Of a stretch of DNA of 64,000 nucleotides, positions 24,696 to 34,760 are shown one piece after another; positions within the stretch are counted from its first letter, which is position 1; each line of letters begins with the position of its first letter. Source of the DNA: Okamejei kenojei. Taxonomy: Eukaryota. The notes under the pieces were generated by a model. That model was not told the DNA's origin. It saw nothing but the letters and a program-made list of their open reading frames with translations, and did no database searches. The stretch is taken from positions 8,866,001 through 8,930,000 of the forward strand of contig CM069174.1 of assembly GCA_035221665.1 (NCBI GenBank), written 5' to 3'. Made by a program: the position numbers and the translations under genes.

Positions 24696-25412
24696 ATGAC
24701 TAAATTCTTGTTGGACTTTTGTGTTACCAATGCAATGAAGATAACTGCAAAAGCAAAGTACATTGAAATGATGATTTTACAAAGGAGAATCAATCTGTAC
24801 AGTAATCAGGGAAATATGGATGAGCCAAGCTAAGGTTAGATAACAGTCAGGAAATTGAAATAGCCTGGAATAAAAAACAACCAAAACTTATAAATACAAT
24901 CTAAAAGCAGCCAGAAAGATTTCACATGTTTACCTGGCAGTGACAGAAAACTTCGAAACAAATAGAATTCTCCAGATGTAAAGTCACTAAAGGCCCTATT
25001 CTAAATCCAAACAGAAGGTATTTGAACAGTGGATGATTAATATAACTGTTTCATTTGGGTATTAATTAACTTTTGTAATATTGTTGAGAATTGCATTGCA
25101 TATTTAATATTTTATTTAATTTAATTTAATACAATCTAAATTTGTGCTTCTGGAAAGCTTTAACCAAGACTATGTGCATCCAAATGAGTGGATTAAGCAG
25201 AATGCCCAGAATGGCGTTGATTAGTTTGTACAAATTAGTACAGGCCACTTCTGTCGAGTTTAGTCCCTCAAAATCAAGTTTCAAGTACAGAAAAACGTTT
25301 ATGTTACTACTGGGCAAACATCTTTAAGCTTCAAAAATGTGGAAATAGTTGTGCAAACCCTAACCATCCACTGTCCTTCTAGGGAATTGAAAAAATATAA
25401 ATGAGTTCTTAC

Positions 25413-25547
25413 CAACAAATTTCTGTGGAGTAGATCTTTTTCTTTTTGCAATGCTGTTAGCAAGCCTATCTATAAAAGAAGGTCTGTCAGGGACGGGCTG
25501 AAGGATATGGTCTGGCATCACGTCGATGTCACGGCACTCCTCCCCTG
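25413..25547 (-). CDS. IKZF4: IKZF4 penultimate coding exon
   Basis: Acceptor TTTCTCTTATCAG|CAG|GG (tandem), donor G|GTAAG. Encodes GEECRDIDVMPDHILQPVPDRPSFIDRLANSIAKRKRSTPQKFV. Confidence 0.95.
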
Positions 25548-26854
25548 CTGATAAGAGAAAGCACCCTAAAATCTGGTGATCAACTGATGCATATTGTACA
25601 GGCGGCATTGGGAAAAACAGTGCAACTTGCCTTGACCCAGCTTTAGCGATCATTTTATATTGCATAACCATTTAAGTTCCTGTTAAGGAATTTGACTTTG
25701 GCAACAATCAGAGCTCCATTACATTTTAGAGGCATTTTGCGCATTTGCGCCATAATTAAGACGGCCAATGACCTGTCGGCCAGTCCATAGTTTTGCCAGC
25801 TCCTAATTTTAATGGTCCAAGGGTGTCATGCAAGCAAAATTCATTTTAGCTTTCTTTAGAGAACAGTGCAGCATAAGAGATATGCAACGTGAAGTTATGG
25901 TGAGGGCACTCAGCACATTCACTCCAAATGGCATGCATTCTCAATGCAGTTACAAATTATTGACTTATTTCATTTGTGCAGCGCCAGGTCTTAACTAGGT
26001 CCTTTGTGAAAATGAGTTTGAACCACTTCAATGTGGTTTCAGGCAGCTATGGATCTACAACACAAAACATTCCCATTTGTAACCTTTTAACACGTAAACT
26101 GCCAAGGAAAAAAATAGATTGCTTGGGTGTGCTTGCTGCCAATACTGGATGGAAAATGGAAAGTGCTCCAGTGCACAGCTTAAATATATTTTTACCTTGA
26201 TGAGAACTATATATATTTGCAACTTTCCAATATCAAAGTTATGGAATCTGAACTAGTTTTGTTTAAAAACTAATTTTACAGTCTCCATTAAGGACATTAA
26301 ATTTGATAAAGACTCTGAAAACAAAGGTAGACCATTAAAAGACTGGAACGCTCAATCCTTATTTGTAACATCCCAAATAATTTTTCACCAATAACTTGGT
26401 GCCTTTCCACTTTCTTTAAAAAGCTACAAATAAGGCAAGAGCTGCAAATTTGTATTGGTCATTATAATTTCAAATTTATGGCACAATTTATTTCATTAAC
26501 ACTATATAGGATGGCTCTCTTAAATGTTTGGCCACACTAAACGGAATCAACTCCTAGGCTTAATTTCCGGTGGGGACTAAGCTAAAGAGAGAAGGGGAGG
26601 AAGGAAAGAGAAAGGAGAAGCGAGGGTTCCAGCTCCTAACTACAACTCCTGCCTTAACTCGCACAAAGAATCAGCAACTGCCAAAGCATTGGATGGTGGC
26701 GAGCATTCATGGAGGTATGGCAGAAACTAATTGCGAAAATAGGAAGGAACGTGGCGGGGGGGGGGGGGTCATTCTACACTGGATTTAAACTTTTATTGCT
26801 AAGCAAGGACTTGTCTTTAGGTGGATAACAAATGTCTCTTTTCATTCACTGATT

Positions 26855-27105
26855 TATAGGTACACAACATGGAAATAGGCCCTTCGCCCCAACTCACCCA
26901 TGCCAACCACGATGCTAGTCTTCACTTACTCCACCGGCCCGTGTTTGGCCCTTACCCCTCTAAACCTTTCCTATCCACGTACCTGTGCAAATGTCTTTTA
27001 AATGCACCTGCCTTAACTAACTCCTCTGGCAGCTCGTTCAAGATATCCACCACCTTCTGTGTAAAATAACTGCCCCTCAGATCCCCTTTAAATCTTTTCA
27101 TTCTC
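26855..27105 (-). mobile_element. CR1 LINE 3' tail
   Basis: GGAAATAGGCCCTTCGCCC...CCCTCTAAACCTTTCCTATCCACGTACCTGTGCAAATGTCTTTTAAATG...TCCTCTGGCAGCTCGTTC. Confidence 0.8.
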
Positions 27106-27467
27106 AACGTCGGTGTATACTTGTTAACTTAATATTGCTCAATGCGTGAAGGAAACAAGTAACGCATTTAATAAAAGTAATGGAAAATGTGATCCAAACA
27201 GTTCAATATCTTCAAGACAAACGATGGACCAACTCAATGTTGATACTTTCTTTGCAGTTCCAATGTTCAGATGTGCTATTGGATATAATTGGTGGGTTAA
27301 GTTTGTTTTTAAATTTCCCCTCCAACCAATCCTGCTGAAGTTACAGACTCATGCCTGCACACACCAGGTATCCTTTGCAGGTTCTGGAGAACTTGGTCGC
27401 TCAAAGTAACTAATTCATTTGTATGATGACAAGGACAGCCCTCGGGTCTTGTCATCTGGGTCTTGGG

Positions 27468-27730
27468 TCTGTTTAGTTTAGAGATACAGCATGGAAACTG
27501 GCCCTTTGGTCCACGGTGCCCAGAGATCACCCACACACTAGTCTCAATACTAGGCACAATATACAGAAGCCAATGGACCTTTCAAATCTTTGGAATGTGG
27601 GAGGAAACTGGAGCACCCAGAGAAAGTTCACAAAACCACAGGGAGAACGTACGTTAGCACCTGTAGTCAGAATTGAATTCTGGTTTCTGGCGTTGTGAGG
27701 CAGCAGCTCTACCCCTGCGCCACCATGCAG
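27468..27730 (-). mobile_element. HE1-like SINE
   Basis: GTTTAGTTTAGAGATACAGCATGGAAAC tail, TTTGGAATGTGGGAGGAAACTGGAGCACCC core, GGCAGCAGCTCTACCCCTGCGCCACC head. Confidence 0.8.
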
Positions 27731-29522
27731 CCAGTTCTTCAGGGGTAACCCTAGACTGAATGTGAATTGAGTTCATGATTGGCTTTGCCATAAGTTTCAC
27801 GATTGAGCACAGAACAGCAATCAAAAGCTGGAACCATGACTGATATTTCCTGTCTCTAAACATGTTTTTTTTCAGAAATCAACTGCTCTGGACAGCATTT
27901 TGCAGCAAGCAGCTTCAAGATTTAAACAATGCCATCAGATTCATATATTGCATTATATTACAGCATCAGCTGGAGCCACACACAGATATTTTCAACGTTT
28001 TATTTTGCGGCTGTAAATGTCCATAAAACAAATGTTTTAAACAATGTCGTGCAGGGATGAGAAGTGTTGTTGATGTTCCACTGCAAAATGTGCCAGTCAG
28101 TGGGTATATGTGCCCTAATCACTTAAACGCCCGTTTGAAGAAAAGTCCTTTAAAAGGGCTATGATTTTAAAAGTGGGCAGACAGTAAACAAATGATAACT
28201 CAATTCCAGAGAATCAGTGACAACTGTGAACTACTCAATTTTCAAGGAGTACAGAGAAACCAATTTATGAATATACAACAATTTCAAAACTTAATTTCTG
28301 CAGATAAAACTGTAAATTATTAATATTCTGATATCTTCATTAGTCAGTGGTTAAAAACTGCAGAAAACTTTCAGTTAAAACCATCATAGTGACAGCCACA
28401 GGAATCTTAGTAAAACTCAACTACTCACTAATATTCTGTTTAGCAGATCCTAAACACCACTGCAAATATTCAAAATATTAGTAACAGAATTAAATGAGTT
28501 TACAACTATTGTTTGTTAATGCTGAGTTATTACATCCATAGCACAGGTTTACTGCAAATGGCAATTACATTTTTGGTGTAATCTCAATTTATTGGATATT
28601 CGCTAAAATGTCACACTGGAATTTGAATGTATAGTCTCCCTCTTACTTGTCAAATTCATTATTACTATGCTACCACTCCTCCAGGTCATACTGTAAACAA
28701 TAATTTATTAGCTTACACGTGTTTTCACCAAACGGAACAACCTTTTACAATTATCGAATCAATTACTTATACAGTGTCATATGGTCATTTGATCCCTCTA
28801 CTCTTCCTTATAGTGGCCATATCATATTCCCTGGTTAAGGTGGTGAATGGGTAACTAAATGTACTCACAAGACTTCAATGTGGAAATTGTTAAGGCAACA
28901 GTAATTTTTCTGTTCCTGTGTCCTCTCCTGTCAGAGATTCCTTCAACATTGCTGAAACGTGGGAGTCACAGGCAAAGAAAAATGGCCTACATTGTACAAT
29001 CTCCTCGATTCTTCTCATGATAGCAACCCTCACAAGCCATAGGGGCTTGCCCATTCTGGATTTGTCCTAGAAATCACATTCTCTTTGATTAGGGCATCAT
29101 TGAGAACATGGCTCTTGTGACATCCTGCTCCTGCACTCTTTAAAAGGTCCAGGACCTCGGCTAAAATTTCAGCTTTTTTTGTTCTACAAAAACGTAGAAA
29201 TGATTCCATTAACATATCCCCAACCATCTGACAAAATATAACGGGTAAGAGGGGATGGCGAAGTACGAAGAACGAGGACGACTTTACCAGGTCACAACTT
29301 CTTCGACATTCAAGCAGCCCTCATACAATGAAAGAATCACATCAGCACAGCACTTGCAAAGAAAGGCCCTCACTGCAAAGCTATATGCTCTACTGCCAAA
29401 ACAGACAAGAAAAACCCAAAGGCTGCACAAATTTCACTGTGTAATGTCTGGTAAATGTGCAAGAGTGCAATATGCCAAGAAAAACGGATGGAAAAAAGCC
29501 CAAGTAACATGGTTCACAACAA

Positions 29523-29709
29523 GGGTACACAAAAAGCTGGAGAAACTCAGCGGGTGCAGCAGCATCTAAGGAGCGAAGGAGATGGGCGACGTTTCGGGTA
29601 TCGAAACGTCGCCTATCTCCTTCGATCCTTAGATGCTGCTGCACCCGCTGAGTTTCTCCAGCTTTTTGTGTACCCTCGATTCTCCAGCATCTGCAGTTCC
29701 TTCTTTAAC
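29523..29709. mobile_element. Fold-back (palindromic) PLE-derived element with 16-bp TSD
   Basis: 75-bp arms at 29522-29596 and 29602-29676 (2 mismatches, 5-nt spacer) plus a ~33-nt tail. TSD ACATGGTTCACAACAA at 29507-29522 and 29710-29725. Confidence 0.92.
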
Positions 29710-30702
29710 ACATGGTTCACAACAAAGCAGTTTTAAAACAATCAGTTTGAAAAATTTCCAATTGCAGTCCATGAGCTTATAATTTTTTTTCTTGAGAAAT
29801 ACAATGGACTGTCTCTCAAATATTTTGAAAGACTTAAGCAAGGAACATTCCTGTAAACCCACTTTTGTTTTAAGAAAATGGATGACCCGAATAACCCAAT
29901 ATTTATTTGTCATCTCCAGGAGAATAGAGTCAATTAAACAGTTTGAGACATATAGACACGATTTCCTCCTTTGAAGGACGTGAATGAAGCGGATGAGTCT
30001 TCGCAAGAATCCTGCTGGTGCTAATCAATAAATTACAAGCAACTGAAAGATATAAATTACTTTCTGGGCTGTCTGGATTAGCCAGTTGATCAAGTAAGAA
30101 TATACTAAAGGCTGAGTTACACAGAGGCAGTTGCTAGATACTCCATAAAGAAGTTAAGAGGGCGAGAAAATCTAAAGGATCCTGTACACAGCTACGGGTA
30201 ATTGAGCAATACCCAAGAGATGATTGATTGCAGGATTAATGCAACAACATACATTCACAGGGATAAACCTCAAAACCAGAAGGGTTCTGTCACTTAATGC
30301 AAGCAAACAGGATTTTTGAGGAACTGTTTAGCAGGATCCAGAAAGTAGCGCAAAGGTCATTTGACCAATTGGCCACAGGTAATAGGTGTGAAAATCCAAT
30401 ATTTACTGCTAAAAAAAAAACCATACTGAAAGTCAACGATTTTCAGAGACACTTTGTTTCGGATAGCGTCTTGATCAGAAGTGGGTATGCCAATAATTTA
30501 AATGTATAACCCATGAAAAAAAAAAACAGGTGCAGAATGCAAATGAAGACAGCTATACTGGATAACTGCCCTTTAAGCTGATGTCCAATGCTGACTGTGA
30601 TCAGTTATGATCTACGTGGGTATGTGAGCTCAAAGTTGTAGAGCTCATTAGGGTCTCATTAAAATCAATGGTGGGATAGATTATGCTGTCTTAATACCAC
30701 TG

Positions 30703-31200
30703 CATACCTGCCAACTTGTGAGAATGAAAAATCGGAATCTGATGTCAGTGAGGGCGGGGCACGTGACGTCAGTAAGGGGCGGGGCACGTGACGTCAGTAA
30801 GGGGCAGGGTTACGTGACGTCAGTAAGGGGCGGGGTGCGTGACGTCAGTGAGGGGCGGGAAAGTGACGTCAGTGAGGGGCGGGAAAGTGACGTCAGTGAG
30901 GGCGGGAAAGTGACGTCAGTGCGGGGGGGGGGGCAAGTGACGCCGAACGCCACCGTGGCGGGGCGGGGTCATGCGGCTGCGTGCTGACGTACACCCGTGC
31001 GTGCCCCCCTAAGCGGCGCAGGCGCGGTGCGCTCTCTCGCTGTCTCCTCGCTGCCGCCGCCGCCATGGGTCGCATGCACGCTTCCATCCCAATTCCGAAT
31101 TCCAATTTTTTTCGGAATATTGAGGAAAAAAATCGGAATTCGGAATTGGGATGGAAAAATCGGAAGAATTCCGCCCAAATCGGAATGGTTGGCAGGTATG
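30703..31200. mobile_element. Non-autonomous DNA transposon (MITE, possibly hAT-related) with 13-bp TIRs and 6-bp TSD
   Basis: TIR CATACCTGCCAAC (30703-30715) / GTTGGCAGGTATG (31188-31200). CCACTG duplicated at 30697-30702 and 31201-31206. Repeated subterminal CGGAAT motifs; CpG-rich. Confidence 0.88.
30740..30945. repeat. Minisatellite (23-26 bp unit) of TGACGTCA plus GGGCGG
   Basis: Seven perfect TGACGTCA (starting 30764, 30789, 30815, 30840, 30864, 30888, 30911) plus degenerate copies at both ends, separated by G-rich linkers. Confidence 0.95.
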
Positions 31201-32120
31201 CCACTGTAATTCTTAAAGTCACTCAGGGCTGTGACAGAATGGCTCTCCAAGGCTCAGGTCTATAAGTGAATTGTTCAACAGGTTCCCCAAGGGGAGGACT
31301 TCTTTACAGATTTCATTAGAATCTGAAGCCTGAACAGAGTACAATAACAAGTGTTTTGAAAGCCAGACATGTTCCTATTTTCACCAAAACGGATACAAAA
31401 AAGTTAATAAAAATAGCAAGTTGTGCACTAAACATGCATTATTGTATGCATTGAAATATACTTGGGAATCAAGCACAGCTCCCGGGACCATGTCAGGCAT
31501 TTAGGCTCCCTACTTAATGCAGATTTATATATTTACACTGCCTTTTCAGTATAACCTCAAACTAAATTATACTGTGAAAGTCTGTCCATATTGTAACATC
31601 CTTGTATTAACATATTAGAGCTATTGAATCTAAAATTGTGTCATGGCTCAGCGACCTGCTTATTTATCAGACACCGACCACAATTCGCTCCTTTGGTGAT
31701 GTACTCTACCCTTCATGTAGCACAATGATTGGATATGGTTTGGGCACTGGACTATCAGGGAGACATTGGGTTTTTATACAGTTTGTACAGTAAGGGGTTA
31801 AAGTTTGTCACCCAAGAGGTGCTCTTAATAATGTCATTAAACACCGACACATTTGCAACTCCATTGTATCAAACCAGAATGAGACTGAACGAGCTCCTGT
31901 GATTTGCGAATTAATCCTGAATGATAAAATGCACATTTTCAAACATTAATACACTGCAATGTATCTAAAGTAGTAGCTCTTGTTGACAAGATATCTAAGC
32001 TAAAAGCAAAATTATGCTGTTGGTTCAGCAACGGTTAGTAAACGGCTCACTATCCCTCTATTATTACCGACATTATTATGTACAGTCCTTTGTGACACTG
32101 TGATATTGCTGGTTACAGAC

Positions 32121-32270
32121 CTTGCTGAGAAGATGGCTGTGGGGGCTCAGCATTCAGACTCTGCAGGTAGTTGTGGCAACGTTCCTTGTGCTCTTCCAGT
32201 GAACTCTGCTGCTTGTAACTCCGCCCACAGTAGTTACATTTATAAGGTTTGCCGACAGTGGGAGAAGAGA
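32121..32270 (-). CDS. IKZF4: IKZF4 exon encoding zinc finger 4
   Basis: Acceptor CTCTTTCTAG|TC, donor G|GTCTGT, 150 nt. Encodes [50 protein letters not shown]; the VSSPT insertion is typical of Eos. Not reported in the ORF track. Confidence 0.93.
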
Positions 32271-33469
32271 CTAGAAAGAGAGAAAATGATCAGATGAGCA
32301 TTAATCACGCAAGGTCAGATTTCATTAAGATGCTACCTTGAATTGGACATTACATATGAAATTAAAACAGAAAATGCTGGACATTCCAGGCTGAAAGCCT
32401 TCATTACCATGCACTCACTTTCCCCTCATAATAAGCATGTTCTAAAACAAAGCATCTTTGTAGATTAACACGAGCTCTAATCAATGCGAACATTTATTAA
32501 TCAATCCAAAATATGCAAGTCTCTGATCAAGAAGAGTGACAATAAAATTCATAAGTTTAAGTCATAGGAGTAGAATTAGGCTGTTCAACCCATCGAGAAT
32601 GAGAAATAAATGAGAATAGACAGCCACAGGAAAAATGGGAAATAGAATTGTGAGGCAAATGATGATTCAACATGTCAAGGGACTGATGATCAGGAAAAAA
32701 GAGGTAGAATATATGTTACCAGGGTCAAATATGAGAGTTTTTTTTACAAGAGTTTAAGGAAGGAATGTCCTTGGTGTAATCTGAGAGTGTCACTAGGGCC
32801 TCTACAGAGCTTATGGCAAGGGGAGAAAGCCAAGCTCAGATTTTTTTACCTTGGGACTGTGAGAAAGACTAAAGATGAATTTGGGAAGTGACATCCTATT
32901 CTCTTGAGAACAGAGTCAGTTACACCACAGGCAGTCATCGAAATTGACAAGCAATTGCATCTCCTGACACTTGTGCCACATTACTCTATTAAACAATGTA
33001 TCAGAAATACTTTAGTATTTTCAGCTTGCAGTAACAAAAATAAACTGAAAGCTAATAAAAAGACCTTTATTTCTGAAAATTCTGCAAAGAAAAATAAATT
33101 GGTTATCGTGAGTGTGAAACTCTAATATTCAACCCCCCATCACCCCAAATTATTCTTGTTATTAATCATGCGACTTTCTATAACACAAGGATTCCTAGGA
33201 ACGTGGCTAACACATTATAACTACCTGTATGCTAACATTTGATACATCTCCAAAAGAACACAAAAGAACAATAATCCAATGTAATTCAATGCTCTCACTG
33301 TAATAGGACACTAATGTGAATTAATACAATGACTGGAAATGTTTTTTGCTGTTCAGATTCAATCAAATTTTCGTATCTTCCATAATAGTTATTTGTCAAT
33401 CGAGAATCAGGGAGTTACATATTTAAAGCAAGCTGCAGAATAAAATACAACGATATTAGAGAGAAACAG

Positions 33470-33612
33470 AGGTAGACAAAAATGCTGGAGAAACTCAGCG
33501 GGTGAGGCAGCATCTCTGGAGCGAAGGAATGGGTGACGTTTCGGATCGAGACGCTTCTTCAGACCCAAATTGTTTTGTCTACCTTCGATTTTTCCAGCAT
33601 CTGCATTCTTTC
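33470..33612. mobile_element. Partial fold-back PLE-derived element with 14-bp TSD and hammerhead motif on the minus strand (33567-33530)
   Basis: TSD TTAGAGAGAAACAG at 33456-33469 and 33613-33626. Confidence 0.9.
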
Positions 33613-33739
33613 TTAGAGAGAAACAGTGTAATAATGCTGCAAAAATTCATTTTTCAAACAAATGTAATTGTCGGGCACATCTGAGCTCATTTGCTTGGGT
33701 TGCAGCCCAAATTCTCGTTCTATAAGTTTGAAATCTAGC

Positions 33740-33868
33740 CACAAGTGATAGGAGTAGAATTAGGCCATTTGGCCCATCAAGTCTACTCCACCATTCAATC
33801 ATGGCTGATCTATCTTTCCCTCCAAGCCCCATTCTCCTGCCTTCTCCCCATAGCCTCTGACACCCGTG
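33740..33868 (-). mobile_element. CR1 LINE 3' tail
   Basis: AAGTGATAGGAGTAGAATTAGGCCATTTGGCCCATC...CATTCAATCATGGCTGATC. Confidence 0.8.
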
Positions 33869-34449
33869 CACAGAGTGCCATGTACACAAATTGATATTTC
33901 TGTTGTGCAGTATCAGTTCCTGATTCTTAGATATTCTGATAATATTTCAGGTCCATTTCTACGGAATTTGATCCAGATTTAAACGACCACATAGACATTC
34001 ATCCTTAAGGTTTAACCTCAGCCAACTTTTTCTTTTGAACACTTTGAGGGTGGGATTACTTTGGAGGTACATTAAATGTGCATAGTCGTTCATCATTCTG
34101 ACACTTCATCTATAATTTTGTCATCTTGTGCATCTATGATTTAACAGAAACTACTCAAAGGTTCCAATTGAATAACTAATACTAATGTAGCAAGTGCCAC
34201 CATTTTAGGGAAATGCTTTTATTCATTTTTATGCAATTAAAGCAAAGACAAAGCTGAATAATATCTGAAATGTTTTAGGTAATTCACAACCACACACCAT
34301 CTTGTCTGTTTGAAAAATCATGTTCACAACATAAACATTCTGTTCTCAATTAAAATGTATTCTTCATTTTCCTTGTTAGGCTTCAGTTTGAATTTGTACT
34401 CCAAATTAATTAAGCTAATTTGAACAGGAGAAAAAACCCTACAAGTTTT

Positions 34450-34760
34450 ACTTAGTTTAGTTTTAGTTTAAAGATGCAGCTCGGAAGCAAGCCCTTCGGC
34501 CCAGCGAGTCCGCACCGACCCCCACACACTAACACTATCGCACACATACTAGGGACAATTGCACACATGCACCAAGCCAATTAACCTACTAACCTGTACA
34601 TCTTTGGAGTGTGGGGGAAAACCGAAGTTCTCGGAGAAAACCCACGCGGTCACGGGGAGAACATACAAACTCTATACAGACAGCACCCGTAGTCGGGATG
34701 GAACCCGGGTCTCCGGTACTACAAGCGCTGTAAGGCAGCAACTCTACCGCTGCACCACCC
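34450..34760 (-). mobile_element. HE1-like SINE, relatively young
   Basis: TTAGT-type tail repeats, GGAGTGTGGGGGAAAACCGAAGTTCTCGGAGAAAACCCACGCGGTCACGGGGAGAAC core, and GAACCCGGGTCTC...AGGCAGCAACTCTACCGCTGCACCACC head. Confidence 0.88.

Noticed and set aside
25548-25671. Upstream extension of ORF 25360-25671 as coding sequence
   Set aside because: No similarity to Ikaros proteins, and a pyrimidine tract with CAGCAG acceptor marks the real exon start.
29523-29709. Host pre-miRNA gene
   Set aside because: The arms are copies of a dispersed repeat and the hairpin is TSD-flanked; there is no evidence of precise processing.
30740-30945. CRISPR-like array
   Set aside because: Eukaryotic context, the linkers are near-identical rather than unique spacers, and there are no cas genes. 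It is a minisatellite inside a TIR element.
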